NCBI GenBank assembly: GCA_964106645.2
Contig: OZ067048.1
Direction: 5' to 3' (one strand)
Origin: Podarcis pityusensis
Taxonomy: Eukaryota
Length of the DNA: 64,000 nucleotides
Shown: one piece after another, positions 36,252-49,409 of the stretch
Layout of the letters: every line of letters begins with the position of its first letter
Position numbering within the stretch: position 1 is the stretch's first letter
Position numbers and translations under genes: made by a program
The notes under the pieces: generated by a model
What the model was told of the DNA's origin: nothing
The model's input: only the letters and a program-made list of their open reading frames with translations
Databases searched by the model: none

Positions 36252-38524
36252 TTCCATTTTACCCATGGCTAATTTGGCCTGTGGAGTAGACAGCCCGGCA
36301 TAACATAAGTTCATTGGCATCCCTTTTCTTTTTCAGATTGTATTTTCCTCCATGCATGCTCTGCTCAACATCTGAGGCCTCGTTATGGATGCCATAGTTG
36401 CTTGAGAAGTGACTACTCGGAGGAAGGCCTTTTCTGTGGTGGCTCCCATGCTGTGTAATACTCTGTGAGGCCCTGACACTATCCTCTTTTACGCAATTAG
36501 TTAAAACATGCCTGTCCAAAATAGCATTTGACTGAATTTCTTTCTTTCCATTGGTAGCGTTTTATAGTCCGTTGTTTGATTTAAATTTCATGATTCTTGT
36601 TACCTGTGTATGAAATTTGATGGTTTTTATGTTATTATATTATTACCTTGAGTTCTACCTACCCAGCACTCTCCAATACAAAAATTTAGGAGCCTCAAGT
36701 CAATATATTCTTCGGTTAGAAAAAGAAAGAGGAAATGCCTATATCATCATACAAGCCAGAACAGTGATATGACAAATAACCCAGTATGGCTGAGGATTAA
36801 TTTTGGCTTCCCACAAAGCCTAGCTATTCATAACCAGCAATAAAGGACTGGGATTTCACAAGTCACTAATGTAGCAATGCACAACCTTCAATATCTTCCT
36901 GATGAAAATAGCCACATGTGTTTGATTTGACACAAGAAAGTAGCAAGAAGCATGAGAAAGGGAGTCTCTTCTGTGAGTTTTTCCATTTCATATAATCAAT
37001 TACATTGGAAGCATCTTTCAAAGTTCATATTTCTCTGCCAACTAGGCTCTCATAGATGGGCATCTGAATATAATATTTGATCTTTGCTGCACCGGATTAT
37101 GTGCGTTGAACCACATGTGTGTACTTCGGCATGTGCGTTCATACAGTTCCTATGATTCTTCTGCCTCAAAAACAGAAGAATCATGGGAACTTGGCAGAGC
37201 ATAAGTACACTGGTATGCGCATGGACCCAAACCAGATATCATATCGTATGTGCAGTAACAACATGCATGCACCCCATTGTATATGCACTATTCCAGATGG
37301 CCAACCATCTGAATCAGATCTTAGAATCTGTTTGTTCAGCAAGTCTGAGCCCCACAAGGCGGAAACGGCTTCTGCTGAAATGACAGTAGTCTCTCATCAA
37401 TACGTAAATGCATGCTCCTTCCATTCTCAGAGACCCTCTCCCACATTTCTGTTTTGTTGCTAAAGCACATGTGCAGATTGGACCCAAGTGAGAAAAGAGT
37501 TGGTGTGCAGAGGACCAGTCCTTGCAATATCAGGTATTGCTCTACAGAGCCTAGTCAGCAATGCAGGATAGGAATTAAAGCCTAGGAAACAGGTCCGATC
37601 CAGCTAATCAAGGCAATAGGGCACAGGGCCAAACAGGGAAAACAGGACAGGCACATTAAACAGTTGAGATAATAGATGGATCTGGAATGGGAGCAAAGAG
37701 ATCTCCAAGCCATTTCAATTAATTGATCAGAACAGAGAGAACATTGAGGTCAAAATGCTGCTGTTGACCTATAAAGCCCTACATGGCTTGGGACCATAGT
37801 ACCTAAAGTGATGCCTCTTCCCATATGTGCTTACCCATGTCCTAAGATAATCAAGAGGAGGCCCTTCCACAAGTTTCTTCTCCATCCAAAGTATGGGGAG
37901 TGGCAGATGGAGAGGGAGCCTTTTCAGTGGTGGCCCCCCAGCCCAAGCTGTGGAACGTTCCCAGAGCCGGCCCAGCCATTAGGCAGGGGGAGACTGCTGC
38001 TTCAGGTGGCAGAAACCCCCTAGGCAGCATGCCCACAGATGCCCCACCTGCCTCCACCACTGGCAGAGAAGTGCTGCCAGCAGTGGCACTGATTTTGAGC
38101 AAGATCATGTCCATTTTGGGTGAGAGCTGACCTCAAATCAGTGCAATCTTCCCAAAACTGGTGCCAATGGCACTGCCGCTTCTCTGTCAGTGACAGATGT
38201 GGCAGGTCACAAAGAAGCAGCAGAGCAGGTGGCAGCAGGAGAAGCAGGTAGGTAGTAGCGGCGGCAGTGGCAGCAGGGCCAAGCAGCGCTTCCTGAGACA
38301 AGATGCCCTTGAACACTCTCCCTCTTCAGAGCCTACCTGGTACCCACAGTAGCATCTTTGGTACCGGCCAAAGAAGTTTCTGTTCACCTGGACCTCCTAA
38401 CATCTTTAAAGATTTTTAAAAGGTAATCACTGATTACTATTTTAGTCTGTGTTCTGACAGTGCTTACGCATATTATTTGACATTACCGTAGCCCTTCACG
38501 CCTTTGTATTTTTCCTGTGTCCTA

Positions 38525-38660
38525 AGCAGATGCGAGGAACCTTTGGGCTGAATGTTGCTGAACTACGACTCCCATCATCCGTAACCACTGGACATGCTGG
38601 CTGGGACTTATATGAGTTGAAGTTCAGCAACATCTGGAGGGCCAAAGGTTTCCCACACCC
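38525..38660. mobile_element. Palindromic hAT MITE
   Basis: atgttgctgaactacgactcccat...tgagttgaagttcagcaacat hairpin. Confidence 0.7.
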
Positions 38661-39159
38661 AGAGGACTAGCACATAAGAAACGTAATTCAAAAATAAACC
38701 CAGGAAGTTATCTAGGGATGTACAGTGAGCATTAGATTCTGCACCAAAGCAAACGCCATTCCCAGCTAGGATGCCTCAAACAACAGGGAGCCAGCGCCTG
38801 ATTCCCCAGAGATTAAGGATTCAGACCCATGGCACCAGACAAGGTGTTGCCTATTGAATATTTAGAACATGCGGTTCAAAGGTATGCTAAAGACTGTGGC
38901 CTCTTTATACAGGCACTGATTTCTTACAAGGCTAAACACAGACACATCCTTCACCAGCCAGAATTGGTCCCATTCATTGCAATGGAGGCAGCAGAGCCAT
39001 TCATGTAGGCCTGTATGCGGCTATGCTCCCACACACATAAATGAATGTGATGGCCTGATTACATAAAAGCTCTGTGGGGCTCTGGATCACAGTGGCATTT
39101 GATGGTCATTTGAATCGTATGGTGAGAAGGGAAGGGATGCCCATTCCACCTTGTTGAAG

Positions 39160-39800
39160 ATGCTGGTACCCACTTCCTTTTTATAAAATGTCCTATACCG
39201 GGACATAAATACTATTCCCTGGACACAGAATTCATGGCATCCTTAAAATTCCATCCCATGGATAAACCACTGTCCTTATTGGTTTCAAAAAGCAGATTCT
39301 TAATTTAAAGACTCAGCTGACAGGCGTTATCAATTATGCATTAAGAAGACCACACGAGGCCATTGCCATTTCCTTAAGAGCAGTGTGCACAATTTTTGCA
39401 AGGGCTTCCATAATCTGGGCTGATGGCATGTTTAACAACCCACAAGGCGATCATCCTAGAAGCAGACAGACCTTTAAAAAGATTTCCAGGGCTTCTGCAT
39501 TTGTGGCAGGCACTACCCTAGATTCCACCAAATTTTGGAGGTGCACAATGGCTGCCCAGATGGTGGCGTGCCATACCTTGTGGTTAAGACATTGGGAGGT
39601 GGGCTCCCAGTTAAATATAAACCTAGCTACTGTGCCTTTTGTTGGAAGCCAATTATTCAGAGAAGAGACCCTGAAAGACATCCTAACAGAGTCTAGGGAT
39701 AAAATGAAAGCACTTGTGACACAGAAGCTGGACAGGAAGCGTACTAGATGATACTCTCCATACAAATTCTCCCATTCTTATAACCCACAGACTTATGCTC
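39160..39800 (+). mobile_element. DIRS1-like retrotransposon gag/ORF1 relic (LAP2alpha-like)
   Basis: Frameshifted LKDSADRR..., then FARASIIW...TLWLRHWEVGSQLNINLATVPFVGSQLF.EE.LKDIL, resembling the vertebrate DIRS gag motif R.LWLR.W..D...K..L...PF.G..LFG. Confidence 0.75.
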
Positions 39801-40247
39801 CACCATATAACCAAACCTTTAACCAGCCCTTTCAAGCATTCGACAACACTGAATATTCAAAGGATGCCAATGTGATCAGAAGTACTTGAGAGAGACACCG
39901 TTCTGCAATGAAAACCCTACTCCCACATATAGCTTAAGAAAGCCAAAAGCCACCCGCAATCCTAGGCCAGATCAAAGCCAAAACTCAGTCACCCAGTGCA
40001 GATATCTTGCTGGCTCCCTCAAACCACAGTTTGCAAAATTCGTAGCCAACCTTGGGAACACAAGCTTGGTCCTACTCTTACACCCTTCCCTCCTTTGCCT
40101 TATCCATAGTTTAGCAATGCACATACACTAAAGCAAACCATGGTTAAAACAAAACATAAGCAGCATTCTGGCATTCGTCTGAACCTGTAAGCTGTAAAAC
40201 TGGGGAGGGGGACACAACACACCAGAACACAACAGCTCCAGGTATAT

Positions 40248-40403
40248 GGGCTGCTTTTCAGATCTTCCTGTGATTACTGAATAGGTCTGAAAAGTTCTTT
40301 AAGCATGTTTGATTGAATGTATTAGGAAACCCTCCCTGTAATCAGGAATCCTGACAAGATCCTGGCAAGACTGGGAATCCCAATAAGATCTGAAGAGCAG
40401 CCC
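40248..40403. mobile_element. MITE with GGG termini (PIF/Harbinger-like)
   Basis: TIRs GGGCTGCTTTTCAGATCTT / AAGATCTGAAGAGCAGCCC. Confidence 0.6.
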
Positions 40404-41760
40404 ATGCACCTGAGGATGTTGGATTTTAAACATTTTAAGTTTTGGGTTTTAAAGCTCAAAATTGAACTCCCTTCCTGCTTTAAAAACTGCTGCACTTTCG
40501 AAAGTATGTAAAAAGTTGCTAAAACCTTGGAGTTCCTGGGACTTCACTGCGGTAAGTTTAACAATTCAACCAGACAAAGGCAAGAACAGCTGTTTGCTGC
40601 ATTTTTTTCTCTTCCCAAAACTGCTCTGTTCCTTGGCAGGGCTTGCATTGTTTTGAGGTCAGCCTCGTTCATTATGTCTGAAGAAGAGATACGCAGCCTG
40701 GTTTACTGACAACTAAACCCCATCGACTTCAGTGGGACTTGCACCCTAACACGTGTACCTAATACTGCAGCCTTCAAAAAGAGAATCTTATTTATTTCCT
40801 GGAGACTATTGTCAATGCATCTAAGACTGTATTATCTGTGCAAAAAAGGGGGGAAGCTCAGGAGCCTATGAAATTGTGGATATTTTTAGGTTATACGCCA
40901 AGGGTACGAGGCAAGGGACAGAAACAAGCCTGCAGTCCTTGTCCACCTCTTCTGGACTGCACCACTGTTTGCACTACAGCTTAGTAGACTTGGGGTTGCA
41001 TGCTCAGTCTGCCACATATGCCAATAGATTTATGATGTCTGGACTATGATGCCTAATTATTAAGACTTTTTTTAAAAAAAAAGAAGTGCAGTTCTGGAAT
41101 ATATTTATTCTAAGTGCAGCTTTGCATGGAAGGGACCAAGTTTAGTAAAGCTATTCTACTTCAGTTGCAGTGATAGATGAATACACTGCTGTTCAGAAGC
41201 ACAACATGGTACTTTTCAACTCTGCGTGCCCAGATGTTGTGGGTCTAAGCAACATACTCAGTGGTCAGGGATAATGGGAGTTATAGTCCAACACTGTTTT
41301 AGCAAACAGAGATATATGCAATCGCGAACACCAGTTAGGAACCAAACAATTCACTCCCAGACCTTATTTTCACAACCAAGGATACTGCTGGACATTGAGC
41401 GCAGCTTTGTTCAATTGCAGAATATTTCTCTTAAGATATTTATTTCCTTACTTCCAAGTTCCACTGCTTCAACGCTGAACAGTAAGTTCTTGTCATAGTC
41501 AGTGAAATCAACTGATTTCCAGTATTAAAAAAAACCCCCCAACTATCCCTGTGCTGGGCTGATGCTTAAAGCACTGGATGGTTGCCAGTTTGTCCACCGC
41601 ATTTAAAAGACAGATTAATGCTGTTACATATTGTAGTTGTGTAACTATGTTTCCAGATTTCAGCTGTAGCCACCCAGAAAAATGCAATGATGAGAAATGA
41701 AGAGACGAAAAATGGTATTTTCAAATATGAATAAAGGCTAAGAACAGAAGAAGCAACTCC

Positions 41761-41801
<41 letters not shown>

Positions 41802-42026
41802 AAGTTTAGTGGGTAACAAGTCAACCATGTTGCAGACTTTGCTAACAGAGGAATCAATATCTTCTTAATGCATAGAATACAATGCCAAACTTTTGGTAAA
41901 TGAAGCTGGCAGGCAAAGGGAAAGAAACAGGGAGATTCTGATAGCCCGGTAAGTTTACAGGAACTATTTACAAGTTGCAACAAATCTGAAACTCAGCAAG
42001 GTTTGCATATCCTGACTTCTCCTTAC

Positions 42027-42103
42027 CTGCTGGAAAATCCTGCTCTGTCAACCAGCACGGCCTGAAACCCAGCTGCGTTAGAGAGGAAAGAACCCGTCTT
42101 CAT
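42027..42103 (-). CDS. Candidate alternative first coding exon (MKTGSFLSNAAGFQAVLVDRAGFSS-S)
   Basis: ATG at 42103, 25 sense codons plus AG, donor CAG|gtaagg. Phase 2, in frame with exon 18042-18492. Weak Kozak context. Confidence 0.4.
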
Positions 42104-42229
42104 TTATCCTCATTATTCCACCTGCCATTTTACAAGTTTACTTGCTGCGAGGAGGAATGTGAAGCACGCCAGGGTCCTGCCCCAGACTTCCTGTTGATGC
42201 TCCATGCTCCAAGTGCGCCCCACATCTGA

Positions 42230-42350
42230 TTTCGCCTCTTCGTCCTCCACCCTCGCCTCCTCCTCCTCCTCCTTTGGCACCAGCTTGCCCCGCCCAATTC
42301 ACGCCGAGCATTTCTCATTTAAGAATGCTTCCAGCTAAATGGCGCTCGTA
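42230..42350 (-). promoter_or_regulatory. Candidate internal promoter (GC box overlapping CCAAT-type motif, local CpG enrichment)
   Basis: Plus strand gcttgccccgcccaattcacgccgag at about 42282-42307 reads ATTGGGCGGGGC on the minus strand. A (GGA)n leader follows, about 190 nt upstream of the candidate ATG. Confidence 0.35.
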
Positions 42351-42804
42351 GGAGAGTTATCTATTGCTCTGGCTGGACTGCAAGATGAGGCATTTGTTTC
42401 CAACTATTTTTTGGCATGAGCACAGCAGATGTCAAATAAAGGGAGGGAAATGCAAACGTTGTCGAGAAGTATTGGGAAAGGGAGATAAAACAAACACCTG
42501 TAGACCACCAGATGTAGACATTAGTTGATGTCACTCCCCCCGCTTCAGATTTGCTGGTGGGATGTCACATACCAACGCAAAATGGCCCTTCACATAGGAA
42601 GCGAGCAGCTCAGTTCTGTGCACATTTACGGAAAACTAAGTCCCAGTTTGTTCAGCTGGGCTTAGTCGAAGGAAAGTGGACTCTGTCTGTATTGTAATCA
42701 AAATGTCAGACAGAAGAGTTTTAGCCTAGTGTCCTCCATGATATGCTGGTTTTCTATATGCAGGTAGTTTTTACTTTTTTTAAAATATGAATGTTCCATT
42801 TAAC

Positions 42805-43350
42805 ATTTGTTAAAAAAAACTGAAGCATTTTTATTAGGGACTGTAGGGATAGATCTGCCAAAAAAGCTGAAAAGCATCTTCATGTATGCGACAACAGCCG
42901 CGAGAGTTTTAATAGCACAAGGATGGAAGACTGAAGAAACCCCAACTAAAGAATCATGGCAAGAAAAATTGATGGACTATGCAGAACTGGCAAAACTGAC
43001 ATACAAGCTACGGGACAAGGATAACTGTGGCTTTAAAGATGAATGGGAACCCTTTACAAAGTATTTGAAGATGCAACAAAGCGAACTGGACTCCTTGGCT
43101 GGTTTTGAATAAACATTCACAAACTTTTTATTGATAATAATCAGCTAACTAGTTTGAGGATCTATACAACTGTGTAACATGCAGAAAACAGCATTTTTAG
43201 AGAAATCAAAGACTGGAACTGAGGGAAGTTCCAGTGGGGGTGGGAGGGTTCTGTGGGGGGAGGGAGGAAAAATGGGGGGGAATAAGGATGATATGTTTCT
43301 GGATAATATGTTTTGTTTTAATTTGGAATAAAAAAGTTATTTTAAAAAAT
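42805..43350 (+). mobile_element. L1-clade LINE 3' end (ORF2 C-terminus plus 3' UTR)
   Basis: EAFLLG...FMYATTAARVLIAQGWK.EE.PT...W..KLMDYAELAKLT; stop at 43112; G-rich UTR, AATAAA and A-rich tail. Confidence 0.85.
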
Positions 43351-43809
43351 TTGAAAGAGTATTTAATCATGCTAACTTCACCAGCAGTCAGCAACGGTAC
43401 AGGCCAGACACAAGTTTACCTCCTCAGTGACAAGGCTTAAAAGAACTAGAATTTTACAATACAGTAGTGTCCTAATACCTGCAGCCTCCTTTTAAGCTCT
43501 GTAAATATATATATATATATATCTATGTCCTCTCTTCTTCCTTTGCCCCTCTTTTCGAGCATCAAAAGCTATTCCTTCCACAGTGTTTCACGTCACAGCT
43601 GCTGCAAAAGGTGCTTCCCCATACCACATGCTCTCCTAAGTTAAGCATGATGAGAATGAACCTCAATGTGTTTAGGGCTTAGACACTCTCCCTCTGCTCC
43701 TTCAACACAGCTCCAAGCAGAGATCAGAAGCTTGCACTTCTGTGTTAGAACGAGTGACGTGCAAGCAACATGTCAGCAGCAAACAATAACTGAAGTTAGA
43801 GAAGGAAAA

Positions 43810-44172
43810 CATGGAAAGTTCATTTTGAAAAGGAACTAGTTCAAGCTCGACAGGTCCAAAAAGGAACTAATACCAGTTCACATCCATTCCTTAACACAAT
43901 GAACTAGTTTGGTGAACCTTCAGTTCACAGTTCAATCCAAATTCATCCCAATGATCCTTGGCCACTTTTTTTCCAGCATTCAGAATGTTACAAGCTGCTG
44001 TGCTGAAGTATAAAAAATACTTAAGAAAACTAAGAACACATCAGAATCTATTTCTCCCAACAATCATTATCTTTAAGCCCAAATAGTATAAAAAGTAAGA
44101 AACACATCTAACAGAACGAACTTGAATATGAACTAGAAAAATCTATCCCGAAATGAACTCAATTCCCAGCAA
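43810..44172. mobile_element. Decayed TIR element with GAACT/AGTTC subterminal repeats (hAT-like)
   Basis: aagttcattttgaaa at left and cgaaatgaactc at right; many gaact/agttc motifs. Confidence 0.45.
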
Positions 44173-45386
44173 TTATGGGAAATACTTTCACGTGTAGCTC
44201 AGAGTTGTGTCAACTAATTCAGCAGACTTGGTTAAACTGATGTAGTTCGTTCCAAGCACTGATAGAAACACAGCAAATCTCAGGAAGATGGTGTTGCTTG
44301 AGCAAGGCTTGGCTGGAACAGGAAGTCCCTGCTACTTCTTCATATCCAGAAGGATCAACAGCCCAGCCTGGATCGGCCCAAGACCTGAAGGTACTTCCCT
44401 GAGAAGTTGCCACCTGCAGCTCAGTTGTTCACCACATGGGGCATCTGCACTTGGTTCCATCCATTCCTGGCATGAAAATTGGCCATGATGGTTTAGTAGG
44501 AAAGAGTTACTCTGGCCCCTGCAACTTTGGCACTGACACTTTGAATGGGGACCATGTTCAAGTTAATCCTGGGACCAGGAATGTGCTGGGATTGACCCCT
44601 TGATCTCAACAGTCTTTTTCAAGTTTCCCAAGGGAAATAACATCAAGTTACTACTAGATCTTCCAGCTGTGAATTTCAAATCAGCTGCCACTGACTACGT
44701 GGTAAGCTAGAAGTCAACCAGCTGAAGAGGAGCAGCTTTTATCTCTTTTTCACAACGTAGTATGGCTCAAAAGCAGCAGCAAAAATTTCCAGACAGATAC
44801 CGAGCACTGGAAAAGCACTGAGCCGATGCCAGTAAAACATTAAATCTACATTCATCACTCGCTAGAAGGCTCTTGATTAAGCGAATATTTTTGCAGCTGA
44901 AAACCTCCACCTGCATCAACTTGCACGATTGTATGTAAACAGGAAATATTTTTCATGCTATCCTTGCAAACCTTCTAATCAAATTAGTGAAGCTTCTGCC
45001 TTGTTTGCATCTGCCATTCACTCACACGAACCTTCTGAAAACTAAGAGGGTTGACTTGTTCCGGTAATGAAAGTTGCACAGATAGCAACTCCTGTGAATG
45101 AATAGCTAGCTGAACACATCTGTCCGCAGCGATCAGCACACACAACCACACACCCGCATGCACACAGAAGCAAATTAAATGCCTTCATCCTTATTCATGT
45201 TTTGTTTTCACATCAGCCTTGAACTCTGTTATGAATTAGAAAATACTTGGTGGTGTAGTTTTTTTGTATTTTATTTTAAAGATGAAATGCAGGTTAGACT
45301 TGTTTGTGTGACTTCTGCTTCTTCAAACAGTAATCCAGAATCAAGTGGCAAATATTTTAGGTTATGAAGCCCCATTTCACACAGTA

Positions 45387-45613
45387 CAGTGGTACCTCAG
45401 GTTACATACGCTTCAGGTTACAGACTCCGCTAACCCAGAAATAAGTACCTCGGGTTAAGAACTTTGTTTCAGGATGAGAACAGAAATCGTGCTCTGGTGG
45501 TGCGGCGGCAGCAGGAGGCCCCATTAGCTAAAGTGGTGCTTCAGGTTAAGAACAGTTTCAGGTTAAGAACAGACCACCGGAACGAATTAAGTACTTAACC
45601 CGAGGTACCACTG
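45387..45613. mobile_element. Tc1/mariner MITE family A
   Basis: TA|CAGTGGTACCTC...GAGGTACCACTG|TA. Confidence 0.9.
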
Positions 45614-45700
45614 TATTCTTTTTATGAGTTGCAGCAAATCAGCCAGGCCAGAAAATAAAGAACTTCTTTCATATACGCTTTGTGCAGCCATAACTGTATA

Positions 45701-45942
45701 CAGTGGTACCTTGGTTCTCAATCTTAGTCCATTCTGGGAGTCCGTTCAACTCCGGAAATCATTCAAAAACCAAAGTGCTGCTTCCGATTGGTTGCAGGAG
45801 CTTCCTGCACTCAAGCGGCAGTCGCGTCGGACGTTCGGCTTCCAAAAAACGTTTGCAAACCGGAACACTTGCTTCTGGGTCTGCGGTGTTTGGGAGCCAA
45901 TTTGTTCGACAACTAAGCCGGTCGAGAACCAAGGTACCACTG
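45701..45942. mobile_element. Tc1/mariner MITE family B
   Basis: TA|CAGTGGTACCTTGGTTCTC...GAGAACCAAGGTACCACTG|TA. Confidence 0.9.
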
Positions 45943-46314
45943 TATACAAATAGCACCCAAAATTAAAGAAGAGATGGACAAAATGTGGGATTTTACAACT
46001 ATGGCCAACTTGACAAATTTCTTCAGATATTGAGAAAAAAGACAGAAAGTTTTGGGATGAAGTGATTTATTGACAGTTTATTACCAATTCTTATCATTAT
46101 TTAAATTTAATATGAGCTATAGGTTCACAAAGTCACAGAATTTGGTTGATCTCCTTGGCCAGTCACTAGCTGCACAAGCTTCTCATATTTTTGTGCTTAA
46201 CTCGCATGTGACCCCGCTTTTCCTGTTCCCCATGCGTTCTTTCCCAATATATCCATGTTTTCTAGGTTCTGCCTTGCCTTGACGTAAGGGGAAACATCTT
46301 TCCTGACTGCGGGC

Positions 46315-46358
46315 TAGTTCTGTCTGTAAACAAGATAGTTCTGTCTGTAAACAAGATA
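46315..46358 (+). repeat. Perfect 21-bp tandem duplication
   Basis: tagttctgtctgtaaacaaga twice. Confidence 0.9.
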
Positions 46359-48394
46359 CCACAATCAGGTCAAAAAGGACACATCTTGCCTAGAGAAGTC
46401 TTTGCTGGACTTACACCAGACCAAAGGTTTATCTGGTTTCTGTGGCCAAGCTACAAAGTCGGGCAGAAAAGATGCTCCACATCACTGTTTGTCCCTCGCA
46501 CTGGCCTCATTCCCTCTCTTTCTGATGTTCTGTTTGGGACTGCCATTGCTTATTTTGCACAAGCCATGCACACAGTAGACTTAGGAGATTCCCCCTGTTT
46601 GCAGGAGTACAGAAAAAATATTTATGGGAGCAGCACAGGTGGGGCTAAGCATGCTCAGTGGCCACAAGATGAAGACTGATTGTTGGAGCAAGGCAGATGG
46701 AAAAACAGAGGAGAGAGGAATGAAATAGAGCAACTAGGACCCTGAACAAGGAACGATGCAACATTTTGTTGCAGCACCGACTAGTTCAACTCTAAATTGT
46801 CCCTGAATATGGAGGTTGAATTTGCCTCTAATGTTAGACCTATGGAATTACAGCAATTGCAACTAGACTTGTTCTACAGATATCTACCTAATCCTTCCCC
46901 CAGCCCCACCTGTAAAATCTACCCAAACTTGTGGCAAAGAATTGAATAAATCAATTACTCAGTGTGTGAATCAATAGACTACTTTCACGAATATGTCCCT
47001 AAAATAAAATGATAATAATAATTAACATTGTATACCGCCCTATACCCATAGGTCTCAGGGTGGTTCACAACACAAAGTTACAGTATAAAAAGCACAAAAC
47101 ACATAATAAAAAATAATCAGAGCACAAAATAAATAATAAAAATAATCAAAACATAAAGACAGAAAAGGTGGCTTTTTTTCTCAGTGAGCCAAAACCAGAC
47201 ATCCCTGCAAAATACAGGCTGGTTGATGAACTAGATCAGAAGGACCAAGAGCCCAGAGGTTTGGGGCAGGGAACTCGCTGTCCTCCAGGAGGGATCAGAA
47301 ATGTATCTCCAAAGTTCTTTCTGAGTATATACAATTCAGCATAGGGGTAGTGAATGCAATGCACTTCCAGGTGTTGTTGGACTCCAACTCCCATCAGCCC
47401 CTGCCAACATGGCCAATGGCCAGGGAAGATAGTAGCTGCAGTCTAACAACGGTTGCGGGGAACCACCTTGACTACCTCTGATCTATGCTCACTGAGCCAA
47501 AGACTGTAGCATTCAAGCGCTGATGGTCTCCAACAACCTGAAAACTTTCATTTAAACTTGCGAGTGAAAACTGTGAGCAACTACTACACCTTGGTTAAAA
47601 TTGGGTAGGGCCACCAGGGGCCAGATAAAACTGCTCTTGGGGCCAGATCTGGCCACCAGTTGCCACGCCTGGCCTAAATATCTGAAGACACCCAAGCAAT
47701 CTTCATTTTCTAATCTGCAGAAAAAGAAGCTAAATTCTTTGCCATAAATAAGGAACTGATGTTCATTATATATAGCACTTTAGTGGTTCAGTGAGTTTTA
47801 CCTATAGGCTCGCTCTCCTTCCTTTACCTACAGATTTCTCAGCCTGCTATAGCTCTCAAATATCGGCCGGTTTTGACAGCTGCACGGGGCCCTTGTTGTC
47901 TTGTTTAGCTTCATTTCCCACAACCTTCTCTAACAATGAGCTGCGTGTGATTTCCGTCCGTCCCAACCAGCATGTGAGCCTGCTGAACTGGTAGTGACCT
48001 CGGGAACAAAACAGGCCTCCTTGCCAAACAACAAGGAACTGCTGAAACAAGCGCGATTTGGAGCTGAATTCTAGCATGAAAAGTGCAGCAGTGTCACACC
48101 AGGGCTCTCCTGTGCAGGCTGGGCATGGGTTGAGTCAGGACATCTTGTGCAGAAGGCAGAGCCCTGAAATGTTAGGTTTTACAAATCACATACTGTATTA
48201 GGAATGCAGGAACGTGGCTTATGGAGTGAGGGTCCTGGTTCATCTGGCCTAATGCCGTCTACACTGACTGGCAGGATTTCTTGTAAGAGCCTCTCCCTGC
48301 ACTACTTGGAGATGGTCAGAGAATGAACTTGGGTCCTTCTGAGTGCAAGGTAGAGGCTCTTTTACTGATTCTATGGTGTCATTAGGCCACTTCC

Positions 48395-48880
48395 ACCAGG
48401 GCCTTCTCAGTGATGGCTCCGACCTGGTGGAATGCTCTGTCCCATGAGACCAGGGCCCTGCAGGATTTAACTTCATTGCGCAGGGCCTGTAAGACAGAAC
48501 TATTCCGCCTGGATTTCAATTTGAACCTGGCCTGATCTTTTGTTCCCCTTCCTTCCCTCCCCCTCCCCTTTTTGTGAAGATTGCCCGCTCTGGGATCCCA
48601 CAGCTGGTTCTCCCCTGGTCTCCGCCTTGGTCCAAGTGAACTAATTTAGCCAGCTAGCCCTGGTGATCATCTAATGTTTATTGGATGGATTTCCCTCCTA
48701 AATTGATTTTTGATTTGATTCTTTGATTCTTTTATTGTTATTTACGCTTTATACCGTATTTTATGCTGATTTTTTATAGCATCAATTAAGTGTTTTAAAC
48801 TTGTTGTTAGCCGCCCTGAGCCCGGTTTCCTGAACCAGGAAGGGCGGGGTATAAATAAAAAATTATTATTATTAATTATT
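48395..48880 (+). mobile_element. L2 3' end
   Basis: RAFSVMAPTWWNAL remnant; ttagccgccctgagccc...gggcggggtataaataaa(att)n; similar to 1315. Confidence 0.8.
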
Positions 48881-49409
48881 TGTCTAACCGCTGTTAAGAA
48901 AGCCTAGATACTAGAATTAACATCACTAGCCTCTGCTCCCCCCTAGAGTTTCCCTAGGGAGAGATCACTAGGAGGTCTTGAATTTATGCACTTCCCACAT
49001 TGTCTATCCTTGTGGCTACACGTAAAGAGAACTTTCTCCCAGAGTTAGGGGAAGATACGGCTCCCAGAAACTGCTAGATCCCTGGCTTAAACACAATGGT
49101 CCCGTTTGGACATAACACTAAGCCAAACCATGGTTTAGTGCAAATGAGCAAAAATCACAGCCGCTACACTCCTCCCCAAGTGTCACTGCTGCTGTGCTAC
49201 TCAGGATTTAGCCATATTTTGACTTGATGTTATATCTAAACCCAGATGTATGGTTTATGCCCCACTCCCCAGTCAAACCATAACCAGCAAACCCAAAACC
49301 TTTTGTCTGAAGCCAGGCAAACAATAAAGTTGAGTTGGGATACAGTGCTAAGCCAAACAATGGCTAAGCTCTGGGTGGCAGCGGTGCTTTTTTCTGGGGG
49401 TATGCAGGG

